A stretch of 64,000 bases of DNA. Source: Eledone cirrhosa (Eukaryota). The DNA is taken from assembly GCA_964016885.1 (NCBI GenBank), contig OZ024743.1, positions 185,752,001 through 185,816,000 on the forward strand, given 5' to 3'. The notes under the pieces are model-generated. The model saw only the letters and a list, made by a program, of their open reading frames with translations. It did not search any database and was not told the DNA's origin. A program made the position numbers and the translations under genes. How positions within the stretch are numbered: position 1 is the first letter of the stretch; each line of letters opens with the position of its first letter. Below are positions 39,417-53,489 of this stretch, piece by piece.

Positions 39417-40329
39417 AATCTACATACATATATATATATATAAATCTACATACATATATATATATATAAATCTACATATATATATATATATAAATCTACA
39501 TACATATATATATATAAATCTACATACATATATATATATAAATCTACATACATATATATATATAAATCTACATACATATATATATATAAATCTACATACA
39601 TATATATATAAATCTACATACATATATATATAAATCTACATACATATATATATAAATCTACATACATATATATATAAATCTACATACATATATATATAAA
39701 TCTACATACATATATATATATAAACCTACATATATATAAACCTACATACATATATATAAACCTACATACATATATATATAAATCTACATACATATATATA
39801 TAAATCTACATACATATATATATAAATCTACATACATATATATATAAATCTACATACATATATATATAAATCTACATACATATATATATATAAATCTACA
39901 TACATATATATATATAAATCTACATACATATATATATATAAATCTACATACATATATATATATAAATCTACATACATATATATAAATCTACATACATATA
40001 TATAAATCTACATACATATATATAAATCTACATACATATATATATATAAATCTACATACATATATATATATAAATCTACATACATATATATATAAATCTA
40101 CATACATATATATATAAATCTACATACATATATATATATAAATCTACATACATATATATATATAAATCTACATACATATATATATATAAATCTACATACA
40201 TATATATATATAAATCTACATACATATATATATATAAATCTACATACATATATATATATAAATCTACATAACTTTGAATAACTTTGAATAACTTTGAAAT
40301 GTTTTGGCCAGTATTGGCCCAGGCCATGT

Positions 40330-43300
40330 CTAACTTAATAGCACCACCTGGCGAAGTCTTTCAATCCAGGATTTGGGCACCATGGCCCATTCGAGAAGAG
40401 AATTACTGTTTGCGGAGACATATCCGGGTGTGGGTGGTTTGTCCGGGATTACTTGGAGGAATTTGTCCAAAGACTTCTTGAATTTTGAGTGGTCAGTTTC
40501 TCTTTTGACGTGTCCTGGTGTGATGTTGAAGAGAGCAGGGCCGATTGAGGTGAAATAATTGTGCCGTATTGTTGTTATGAGTTGCGATTTAGATTTTTGA
40601 ATGGGACGGATAGCACGGGGCCCAAGCCTTGGGTGTATCTTGAAGGCGATGCAAACATCATTTGGGCAGTGATGATGGAACATTTTCCACATCATGCAGA
40701 TAATATAACGCTCACGGCGACGTTGGAGTGAGTAAAGTTTCAGGTTTTCCAATCGACCCCAGTAGTCAAGGTCTGACATGCCATCTATCTTTTTCGTGAT
40801 TGCCCTTTGAGGAGCTTCAAGTTTCATGATACTTTGTTTCGTGTGGGGAGACCACAGTGGACAACAGTATTCAAGGTGTGGTCGGGCGAAAGTAGAGAAG
40901 AGAAGGATAATGGTGCGGGAATCTCTCGACTGGAAGGTTCTGAGGATCCAGGAACACATTCTGCGGGCCATGTCAACTTTGCTGCTTATATGCGTGGTCC
41001 AGCTTATGTTGCTGTCCACGGTTACTCCCAAGTCTCTGATGTTGTTAGATGCCACGAGAGTTTCCCCGGAGGGAAGGGAGTACGGGAGTTTCAGAGCATC
41101 CTCTTTTCCAAAGTGGATCAGTTCGAATTTGTCCTCGTTCAGTAACATGTTGTTCTTTTCTGCCCATTGGGTAACAGCCAGTAGGTCTGACTGAAGGCTT
41201 ATCCGGTCATCCACGCCATTGATGACCTTTTGGAGCTTGGAATCATCAGCGAAAATTTTAATGTTGCTGTGTTTGATGATGTCAGTGATGTCATTAATAT
41301 AGATGATGAAGAGAAGTGGGCCCAACACAGTGCCTTGTGGGACTCCACTACTGACTTTGGCTGGGCTTGATTTGACTCCCTCAACTACAACATGTTGGGT
41401 TCTGTTTGACAGGAAGCTCTTGATCCACTGCAGCAGCTTTCCAGTGACACCAATATTGGACAGCTTTCTCAGTAGAATGTTATGATCAACCCTGTCAAAG
41501 GCCTTGCTGAAATCAAGGTAGATAACATCAGTGTTGGAACCCTCTCCCAAGGCTCTCAAAATGTCATCAAAGTGATGCAGTAGTTGCGTCAGGCAATCCC
41601 TTCCATTACGGAATCCATGCTGGTTGGAGTTCAGCATATTGTTACTCTCAAGGAAGTGGGTCATTCGCGATCTCACCACTCGCTCAAATACCTTAATGAT
41701 ATGAGAGGTGAGTGAGATTGGACGGTAATTCACGGCAAGGGATTTGTTTCCCTTTTTGAAAACTGGGACAACAGACTGGGATAGAAGGTTTTCTGGCACA
41801 TATCCAGCATCCAGTGAGTTCCGCCACAGATTGGCAAGAGGAGAAGCAAGTTGGTGTTGACACGCCTTCAGGACACAAGCAGGGAACCTATCGGGACCTA
41901 CTGCTGAATTATGCTTGATTTCCTTTATTGCCGCCAAGACATCAGGGGCGCCAAACGTTATGTCCGATAAGGTGTAATGGGGAGTAACATCGCCGATACA
42001 GCCCAGATCGGCCATATCAGGATTGCTGAAAACAGAGCAGTATTGTTTCTGCAGTATCTCACCCATGGTTTTAGCATTGTCTTGAAGAGTGCCATTTTCA
42101 TCAATTAGAGGGCCAACAGTAGAGCCAGTGATTTTGTGTTTTTTTGCAAATGAAAAGAACACTTTGGGATTGAGTTTGATCTTCTCAATGGCCCAGGCCT
42201 CTTCAGCTCTTCTCTGATTGTTGATGAGGGACATTATGTTGTTTTGGAGGTTATGTTTTTTAATCTCTAGTGATGAAATGGCAGTCAAGTTGATGTGTTG
42301 CTGCTGACAGTATTTCAGCTTGTTGATTTTTTTGTTCGTTCTCTTAATTTTTCTGATGAGCGTTTTTCTATTTCTAGGGATTCTGCTCTTAGATTTGTTT
42401 ATAGTTCTTAATGGGGTGTGTTTAGCACATATGTTTGTAACAGTGTCCACAAATGTCTGCCAGGACTTTTTGATGTTAGTGGGTGTATGAGTGTGCGTGA
42501 AGGACCAGTCGACATGTGCAAGATCATGACTGATCGCTTCCCAGTTTGCATTGTGGAAATCCATAGCGTCAAACGGATGGACAGGAGAGATGACATTGGG
42601 TTTGTATATTGGACGGTGGAATCTCAGATCACAGAGAACCATGTCATGATCAGAGAGTAGAGTTTTCTCCACTGCAATATTGTGGATATTGTCAGTGTGA
42701 TTGCTGAAAATTAAGTCTAGGACGTTTTTGTGGCACCTCGTTGGTTCGAGCACTAGTTGGGATAGGAAGAAATCATCCATGAAGTCAAGAAGTGATTCCA
42801 CAGCTTCCCTGTCAGAGGTTGAGGCAGAAGAACCTGGTGGCAGGGTGTTTGTGGACCAGTCAACTCCGGGGAGGTTGAAGTCCCCCATCATTAAGATGTT
42901 GTCAGGGTGACACTCTTGGATGAAACACTTTATGCTGTTGAGGCATTCCTTGAAGCATGGTACAGGCGTTTGGGGTGGCCTATAGAGCCCAACTACTAAT
43001 AGGTTGTTGGTTTGACTGAATACAGTGACTGCCTCACAGTATCCATTAGTGAATATGTTCATAGCCTCTGTTGAGAAAGAATTATGGACATAAATGGCAG
43101 TTCCGCCCTTTCTTCTGCCAGCGCGATCAGCACGGATGGCTTTGAAATTTTTCACTTTCACCTCGGCTTCCAAGTGGAGGTTACTGAGATGGGTTTCAGT
43201 GAGGACGAAGAAAGGGATGTGGTTTGGATGGACATCAATCCAGTCCTCCAGGAATTTGATCTTCCATTTTTGAGTATTGGTGGAAGGGCTGATGCCTTGG

Positions 43301-43386
43301 GCGTTAAGCAAAAATGTAGAGGCGAGAGTGGATGGTTTTAATTGTTTTGGTGTGTTGTTAATTTGTTTGTTTGTTAATGGCAGCAA
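40330..43386 (-). CDS. LINE ORF2: APE endonuclease and reverse transcriptase (open, ~1018 codons; annotated start is TTG)
   Basis: LNAQGI, LTETHL, GLYRPP, GDFNLP, LDLIFS, SDHD; NYRPISLTS, YLDFSKAFDRV, GVPQGTVLGP, FADD. Confidence 0.95.
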   Translation of the reverse strand: MLPLTNKQINNTPKQLKPSTLASTFLLNAQGISPSTNTQKWKIKFLEDWIDVHPNHIPFFVLTETHLSNLHLEAEVKVKNFKAIRADRAGRRKGGTAIYVHNSFSTEAMNIFTNGYCEAVTVFSQTNNLLVVGLYRPPQTPVPCFKECLNSIKCFIQECHPDNILMMGDFNLPGVDWSTNTLPPGSSASTSDREAVESLLDFMDDFFLSQLVLEPTRCHKNVLDLIFSNHTDNIHNIAVEKTLLSDHDMVLCDLRFHRPIYKPNVISPVHPFDAMDFHNANWEAISHDLAHVDWSFTHTHTPTNIKKSWQTFVDTVTNICAKHTPLRTINKSKSRIPRNRKTLIRKIKRTNKKINKLKYCQQQHINLTAISSLEIKKHNLQNNIMSLINNQRRAEEAWAIEKIKLNPKVFFSFAKKHKITGSTVGPLIDENGTLQDNAKTMGEILQKQYCSVFSNPDMADLGCIGDVTPHYTLSDITFGAPDVLAAIKEIKHNSAVGPDRFPACVLKACQHQLASPLANLWRNSLDAGYVPENLLSQSVVPVFKKGNKSLAVNYRPISLTSHIIKVFERVVRSRMTHFLESNNMLNSNQHGFRNGRDCLTQLLHHFDDILRALGEGSNTDVIYLDFSKAFDRVDHNILLRKLSNIGVTGKLLQWIKSFLSNRTQHVVVEGVKSSPAKVSSGVPQGTVLGPLLFIIYINDITDIIKHSNIKIFADDSKLQKVINGVDDRISLQSDLLAVTQWAEKNNMLLNEDKFELIHFGKEDALKLPYSLPSGETLVASNNIRDLGVTVDSNISWTTHISSKVDMARRMCSWILRTFQSRDSRTIILLFSTFARPHLEYCCPLWSPHTKQSIMKLEAPQRAITKKIDGMSDLDYWGRLENLKLYSLQRRRERYIICMMWKMFHHHCPNDVCIAFKIHPRLGPRAIRPIQKSKSQLITTIRHNYFTSIGPALFNITPGHVKRETDHSKFKKSLDKFLQVIPDKPPTPGYVSANSNSLLEWAMVPKSWIERLRQVVLLS

Positions 43387-44548
43387 TGGGAGTTTGTGCA
43401 GTGGGGTGATAGTGGAGGGTGGTGCTGGGTGATAGCTCGAATGTTTTTTTCCAGTTCTTTTGCCAGATTCATTATGGCTAAAAAAGAGGAAGAAGTTTCC
43501 TGTTTAGAAGACTGTTGGTGACTGTGGTAGTGGTTATTTTTATGTAGGTTATGGTTTTTGTTTTTGCTTTTATTTTTAATTTTATTTTCATTTATCCGAC
43601 GGGTCCCCGGGAGATGGGTAAAGGGACAATCCCGGTCTAAACACAATCTGTCTCGCAGGGAAAAACGGCAGATTTGTGGATTCCTTGTTTGAGTTATTGG
43701 TGGTTGTGTTGGTGTTAAATTAGAGTATGTATTATGGTGGTGGCTGTTTGTGGGGATAGATCGTTTTGTCCTAGGTAAATGGGTGAATTTGCAGCCACTA
43801 TCCGTACATATTCTATAGCGTAGAGAGTAGCGGCAAATGATGGGGTTTCGAGTGGGTGGGTATGTGGGTGTGGGTGTTGTGAGAGGTGTAGATGATTGTT
43901 TGGGTAGGATTTGACGACCTTTGTGGACTGTGGGAGGGAGAGTTCTTGTTCTGGTATTAGAAGGTAAATTCCTTGACATAGCAGTAGACAAAAATGTTGT
44001 AGTAGTAGTAGTAGTAGTAGGCAGAGATGTTGGCAGTGGTGATGATTGGACTGCTGGGCCAGAGAAAGGATGTGGCGTTTCATGCTGTGAGACAGAGGCT
44101 ACTGGGGGGTCAATAGTTTCATTTAGTAGATCGGCCATTGTTGATGAATCAAGGAGTGGTTCACACTGTTGTTGTCGTTGTTGTTGTTGCTGTTGTTGAT
44201 GTTGCTGTTGTAGCTGTTGTTGTTGTAGCTGTTGTTGTTGTAGCTGTTGTTGTTGTTGCTGTTGTAGCTGCTGTTGTTGTTGCTGCTGCTGCTGGACAGC
44301 ATTCGAAGAGAAAACACACCGTAGTTTATCCAAATGTTTATTGATTAATTTAAAAGCAATTTCGATTTGCTTTAATTTATTTTGAATCTGTTGTTCAGAT
44401 TTTTCAAAAATTGAACTGTACGTTTAGCAATGTCGTTCAGAGATGAAGCATCTATATTTTCTGTTTGGGAAAGGCAATGCCATGTGTTTATTAGAATGTC
44501 GATTTCATTATCAGACCAGTTCTGTTTGGATTTTTGCTGGTTAGCCAT
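43374..44548 (-). CDS. LINE ORF1: Myb/SANT-like N-terminus, polyQ, two CCCH zinc fingers; one 1-nt frameshift near 44400-44430
   Basis: ATG at 44548: MANQQKSKQNWSDNEIDILINTW..IAK, then in another frame IFEKSEQQIQNKLKQIEIAF..LDKLR, polyQ, CRYSLRYRICTDSGCKFTH and CRFSLRDRLCLDRDCPFTH. Confidence 0.75.
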
Positions 44549-46010
44549 TCTAGTTTTGAGTGTGTGTGTGTTTTAGTTAAGTATTTCAATATATATATAT
44601 TTTTTTTTTAAATTTATTTTTGATTTATTTTTGTTTTTTTGTTTTTCTTGTGTGTGAGTGAGAAGCGTATATATATAAATATGAGTATATATATATATAT
44701 ATATATGTATATTCTGGTTATTTGAAATTAATTAAGTTAATGAAAAGACGAAAGTATATAATAATAATTTGTAGTTAAAGGAAAATGTACTCACAAGTTC
44801 GTGTGTGTGTGTTTTAGTTAAGTATATCAATATATATATATTTTTTTTTAAATTTATTTTTGATTTATTTTTGTTTTTTGTTTTTCTTGTGTGTGAGTGA
44901 GAAGCGTATATATATAAATATGAGTATATATATATATATATCATACATATATCATACATATATATATATAAATCTACATACATATATATATATATATATA
45001 TAAACCTACATACATATATATATATAAACCTACATACATATATATATATAAACCTACATACATATATATATATAAACCTACATACATATATATATAAATC
45101 TACATATATATATATATAAATCTACATACATATATATATATATAAATCTACATACATATATATATAAATCTACATACATATATATATAAATCTACATACA
45201 TATATATATAAATCTACATACATATATATATAAATCTACATACATATATAAATCTACATACATATATATATAAATCTACATACATATATATATAAATCTA
45301 CATACATATATATATAAATCTACATACATATATATATATATAAATCTACATACATATATATATATAAATCTACATACATATATATATATATAAATCTACA
45401 TACATATATATATATATAAATCTACATACATATATATATATATAAATCTACATACATATATATATATATAAATCTACATACATATATATATATATAAATC
45501 TACATACATATATATATATAAATCTACATACATATATATATATAAATCTACATACATATATATATAAATCTACATACATATATATATAAATCTACATACA
45601 TATATATATATAAATCTACATACATATATATATATAAATCTACATATATATATATAAATCTACATATATATATATAAATCTACATACATATATATATATA
45701 AATCTACATACATATATATATAAATCTACATACATATATATATAAATCTACATACATATATATATAAATCTACATACATATATATATATAAATCTACATA
45801 CATATATATATATAAATCTACATACATATATATATATAAATCTACATACATATATATATATAAATCTACATACATATATATATATAAATCTACATACATA
45901 TATATATATAAATCTACATACATATATATATATAAATCTACATACATATATATATATAAATCTACATACATATATATATATAAATCTACATACATATATA
46001 TATATAAATC

Positions 46011-46043
<33 letters not shown>

Positions 46044-49000
46044 GAATCTACATACATATATATATAAATCTACATACATATATATATAAATCTACATACA
46101 TATATATATATATATATAAATCTACATACATATATATATAAATCTACATACATACATATATATATAAATCTACATACATACATACATACATATATAAATA
46201 TGCATATATATAAATCTACATACATTCACTTTTCTCCAATTTCTCACTCACTTCCTACCTCGAGATTTCCCATCTGCATTGTTGTGGCTTTCCAAACTAC
46301 ATATATATATATATATAAATCTACATAATATACATATATATAAATCTACATACATATATATATATATATATAAATCTACATACATATATATATATATATA
46401 TATAAATCTACATACATATATATATATATATATATAAATCTACATACATATATATATATATATATATAAATCTACATACATATATATATATATAAATCTA
46501 CATACATATATATATATATAAATCTACATACATATATATATATATATAAATCTACATACATATATATATATATATATAAATCTACATACATATATATATA
46601 TAAATCTACATACATATATATATAAATCTACATACATATATATATATAAACCTACATATATATAAACCTACATACATATATATATAAATCTACATACATA
46701 TATATATAAATCTACATACATATATATATAAATCTACATACATATATATATAAATCTACATACATATATATATAAATCTACATACATATATATATAAATC
46801 TACATACATATATATATAAATCTACATACATATATATATAAATCTACATACATATATATATAAATCTACATACATATATATATAAATCTACATACATATA
46901 TATATAAATCTACATACATATATATATAAATCTACATACATATATATATAAATCTACATACATATATATATATAAATCTACATACATATATATATATAAA
47001 TCTACATACATATATATATATAAATCTACATACATATATATATATAAATCTACATACATATATATATATAAATCTACATACATATATATATATATAAATC
47101 TACATACATATATATATATATAAATCTACATACATATATATATATAAATCTACATACATATATATATATATATAAACCTACATATATATATATAAATCTA
47201 CATACATATATATATATAAACCTACATACATATATATATAAATCTACATACATATATATATATAAATCTACATACATATATATATATAAATCTACATACA
47301 TATATATATATAAATCTACATACATATATATATATAAATCTACATACATATATATATATAAATCTACATACATATATATATAAATCTACATACATATATA
47401 TATAAATCTACATACATATATATATAAATCTACATACATATATATATAAATCTACATACATATATATATAAATCTACATACATATATATATAAATCTACA
47501 TACATATATATATAAATCTACATACATATATATATATAAATCTACATACATATATATATATAAATCTACATACATATATATATATAAATCTACATACATA
47601 TATATATATAAATCTACATACATATATATATAAATCTACATACATATATATATATAAACCTACATATATATAAACCTACATATATATAAACCTACATACA
47701 TATATATAAACCTACATACATATATATATAAATCTACATACATATATATATAAATCTACATACATATATATATAAATCTACATACATATATATATAAATC
47801 TACATACATATATATATAAATCTACATACATATATATATAAATCTACATACATATATATATAAATCTACATACATATATATATAAATCTACATACATATA
47901 TATATATAAATCTACATACATATATATAAATCTACATATATATATATAAATCTACATACATATATATATAAATCTACATACATATATATATAAATCTACA
48001 TACATATATATATAAATCTACATACATATATATATAAATCTACATACATATATATATAAATCTACATACATATATATATATAAATCTACATACATATATA
48101 TATATAAATCTACATACATATATATATATAAATCTACATACATATATATATATAAATCTACATACATATATATATATAAATCTACATACATATATATATA
48201 TAAATCTACATATATATATATAAATCTACATACATATATATAAACCTACATACATATATATATATATAAATCTACATACATATATATATATAAATCTACA
48301 TACATATATATATAAATCTACATACATATATATATAAATCTACATACATATATATATAAATCTACATACATATATATATAAATCTACATACATATATATA
48401 TAAATCTACATACATATATATATAAATCTACATACATATATATATAAATCTACATACATATATATATAAATCTACATACATATATATATAAATCTACATA
48501 CATATATATATAAATCTACATACATATATATATATAAATCTACATACATATATATATATAAATCTACATACATATATATATATAAATCTACATACATATA
48601 TATATAAATCTACATACATATATATATAAATCTACATACATATATATATAAATCTACATACATATATATATAAATCTACATACATATATATATATAAATC
48701 TACATACATATATATATATAAATCTACATAAATATATATATATAAATCTACATACATATATATATATAAATCTACATACATATATATATATAAATCTACA
48801 TACATATATATATATAAATCTACATACATATATATATATAAATCTACATACATATATATATATAAATCTACATACATATATATATATAAATCTACATACA
48901 TATATATATATAAATCTACATACATATATATATATAAATCTACATATATATATATAAATCTACATACATATATATAAACCTACATACATATATATATATA

Positions 49001-51432
49001 TAAATCTACATACATATATATATATAAATCTACATACATATATATATAAATCTACATACATATATATATAAATCTACATACATATATATATAAATCTACA
49101 TACATATATATATAAATCTACATACATATATATATAAATCTACATACATATATATATAAATCTACATACATATATATATAAATCTACATACATATATATA
49201 TAAATCTACATACATATATATATAAATCTACATACATATATATATAAATCTACATACATATATATATAAATCTACATACATATATATATAAATCTACATA
49301 CATATATATATAAATCTACATACATATATATATAAATCTACATACATATATATATAAATCTACATACATATATATATAAATCTACATACATATATATATA
49401 AATCTACATACATATATATATATATAAATCTACATATATATATATAAATCTACATACATATATATAAACCTACATACATATATATATATATAAATCTACA
49501 TACATATATATATATATAAATCTACATACATATATATATATATAAATCTACATACATATATATATATAAATCTACATACATATATATATAAATCTACATA
49601 CATATATATATAAATCTACATACATATATATATAAATCTACATACATATATATATAAATCTACATACATATATATATAAATCTACATACATATATATATA
49701 AATCTACATACATATATATATAAATCTACATACATATATATATAAATCTACATACATATATATATAAATCTACATACATATATATATAAATCTACATACA
49801 TATATATATAAATCTACATACATATATATATAAATCTACATACATATATATATAAATCTACATACATATATATATAAATCTACATACATATATATATAAA
49901 TCTACATACATATATATATAAATCTACATACATATATATATAAATCTACATACATATATATATAAATCTACATACATATATATATAAATCTACATACATA
50001 TATATATAAATCTACATACATATATATATATAAATCTACATACATATATATATATAAATGTACATACATATATATATATAAATCTACATACATATATATA
50101 TAAATCTACATACATATATATATATAAATCTACATACATATATATATATATATAAATCTACATACATATATATATATAAATCTACATACATATATATATA
50201 TAAATCTACATACATATATATATATAAATCTACATACATATATATATAATAAATCTACATACATATATATATATAAATCTACATACATATATATATATAT
50301 AAATCTACATACATATATATATATATAAATCTACATACATATATATATATATAAATCTACATACATATATATATATAAATCTACATACATATATATATAT
50401 AAATCTACATACATATATATATATAAATCTACATACATATATATATATAAATCTACATACATATATATATATATAAATCTACATACATATATATATATAA
50501 ATCTACATACATATATATATATAAATCTACATACATATATATATATAAATCTACATACATATATATATATATATAAATCTACATACATATATATATATAT
50601 ATATATAAATCTACATACATATATATATAAATCTACATACATATATATATAAATCTACATACATATATATATATATATATATATAAATCTACATACATAT
50701 ATATATAAATCTACATACATATATATAAATCTACATACATATATATAAATCTACATACATATATATATATAAATCTACATACATATATATATATAAATCT
50801 ACATACATATATATATATAAATCTACATACATATATATATATAAATCTACATACATATATATATAAATCTACATACATATATATATATAAATCTACATAC
50901 ATATATATATATATAAATCTACATACATATATATATATAAATCTACATACATATATATATAAATCTACATACATATATATATATAAATCTACATACATAT
51001 ATATATAAATCTACATACATATATATACATAAATCTACATACATATATATACATAAATCTACATACATATATATATATAAATCTACATACATATATATAT
51101 ATAAATCTACATACATATATATATATAAATCTACATACATATATATATATAAATCTACATACATATATATATAAATCTACATACATATATATATAAATCT
51201 ACATACATATATATATAAATCTACATACATATATATATATAAATGTACATACATATATATATATATAAATCTACATACATATATATATATAAATCTACAT
51301 ACATATATATATATAAATCTACATACATATATATATAAATCTACATACATATATATATAAATCTACATACATATATATATAAATCTACATACATATATAT
51401 ATAAATCTACATACATATATATATAAATCTAC

Positions 51433-51471
<39 letters not shown>

Positions 51472-51478
51472 AATCTAC

Positions 51479-51517
<39 letters not shown>

Positions 51518-51524
51518 AATCTAC

Positions 51525-51572
<48 letters not shown>

Positions 51573-51573
51573 C

Positions 51574-51609
<36 letters not shown>

Positions 51610-51638
51610 TATATAAATCTACATACATACATACATAT

Positions 51639-53040
51639 CATTCATCATCATCATTTCATTTTACGTCCGCTTTTCCCTGCTTACAAGGGTGGGACGGGTC
51701 TTATTCAGCACAGCATCTCTCCACTCGCCACGGTCCCTCGTCATCTCCACCGTGAGCTTCAATGATCTAAGGTCCGTTCTCACCACCTCCGCCCATGTTT
51801 TTCGTGGTCTACCTCTACCATGTCTTCCTTCAACAGGCATTTCCTGGCACTTCTTCACCCATCGGTCATCCTCCATGCGCATCACATGTCCATACCACCT
51901 CAGTCTCCTCTCCCGTACACTACATTCTATCCCTCTCAGACACAGTTTCTCTCTCAACACATTTATGCTGGGTCGTTCATGCACATTTACACTGCACATC
52001 CAACGGAGCATGCTTGCCTCATTTCTCTCCAGCCGTTGCATATCCTCTGCAATTGCTGCCCATGTCTCACTACCATGCAGCATCGCGCTCCTCACACAGG
52101 CATCATACAACCGGCCTTTCGTACGCAGGGAGAAACCCTTCTTCGTCAACAGAGGAAGCAGCTCCCTAAACTTCTTCCAACCCGTCCTTATTCTAGATAC
52201 TATGGCCTCGGAACACCCTCCTCCCATGCTAATCTGATCTCCTAGGTAGCGGAAGCTATCCACCACTTCTATAGCGCCCTCTTGCATTTGAAAAATGTGT
52301 CTATCAGTGCGACTTCTTCCGTCTAATTTCCCTGTACATCTACTGCATACATATTTCTCCCTACCTGTTAGTTTGCCTGCTATCCCGCTACATCTCTTGT
52401 GTACCCAGGATCTGCATTGTGTGCATTTTATAGAATTTATGCCAGTTCCTTTTCTGCATATCGAACATGGCCATTTCCTTGACGGAATCAGGGTTTTGTC
52501 CTCTTTTCTACTCATCAACACTTTTGTCTTAGCTAGATTTACTCTCAGTCCTCTTGCTTCCAACTGCTGTTTCCATAGCCAGAATTTATTCTCTAGCTCC
52601 TCTACTGATTCTGCTATAAGAACCAGATCGTCAGCATAGAGCAGTTCCCATGGACAGCCAGTCTTAAACTCCTCTGTTATGGCTTGGAGGACTATAATGA
52701 ACAAGAGCGGGCTGAGGACCGAACCCTGATGTACTACTTGTATCTGGAATTCCTCACTAAACTCCATTCCTACCCTGACTTTACTGAGAGTACCTCTGTA
52801 CAAAGTTTGCACTGTCCTCACAAGCCATTCCTCAACACCTAGCTTCCTTAGGGACCACCAGATGACAGATCGGGGTACCCTATCAAAGGCCTTCTCTAGG
52901 TCAACAAAGGCTAAGTATAGTGGCTTATTCTTCTCCAAGAACCTCTCTTGCATTTGTCTCACCAAGAAGAGGGCATCTGTTGTACTCTTCCCAGGCACAA
53001 AACCAAACTGCATCTCATCTAGTTTGACCCTTTCTCTAAT
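51639..53040 (-). mobile_element. 5'-truncated RTE LINE (open RT and C-terminus) at the edge of the minisatellite
   Basis: QFGFVPGKSTTDA, AFVDLEKAFDRVP, LLYADD, PHD-like finger, GRPRKTW; tail AAATGAAATGATGATGATG. Confidence 0.95.
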
Positions 53041-53145
53041 ATATATATTTTCTAAATATATATATATATATATAAATCTACATGCATACATACATATATA
53101 TATATATATATAAATCTACATACATACATATATTTATATATATAT

Positions 53146-53489
53146 CATTTCATCATCATCATTTCATTTTACGTCCGCTTTTTCCCTGCTTGCAAGGGTG
53201 GGACGGGAACTGATGCTGGCTTGATTTCTACAGTTGGATGCCCTTCCTAACACCAACCTCATTTACAGTGCGTGCTGGGTACTTTTTTGCCATGGCACCT
53301 CCACGACCACTTTGCAGTGGAATGATAGGGACCCCAATCCTATCATCTCATTTCTACAGCTGAGTAAACTTGAGCAATGTGAAATAAAGTGTCTTGCTCA
53401 ACGAAACAACACATCACCCGGTCTGAGAGTTGAACTCACAACCTTTCGATTGCAAGGCCAATGCTCTAACCACTAAGCCATGTGCCTCC

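Larger units (their letters stand above)
40269..44940 (-). mobile_element. Near full-length two-ORF APE-type LINE (CR1/L2-group or Proto2-like; clade not resolved by eye)
   Basis: ORF1 plus uninterrupted ORF2, very short 3' UTR, (TTCAAAGTTA)3 tail, duplicated 5' block. Confidence 0.93.
35822..51638. repeat. Compound minisatellite AAATCTACATAC(AT)n, hundreds of units, interrupted by two LINE copies
   Basis: Directly visible; remnants continue at ~53055-53145 and ~53555-53800. Confidence 0.97.

Noticed and set aside
35822-51638. CRISPR-like repeat/spacer appearance and many MYVDLYIY ORFs
   Set aside because: The spacers are only (AT)n, the context is eukaryotic with no cas genes, and the ORFs are translations of the satellite.
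51689-52639. Several plus-strand ORFs of 114-182 aa
   Set aside because: Antisense frames of the RTE coding sequence.
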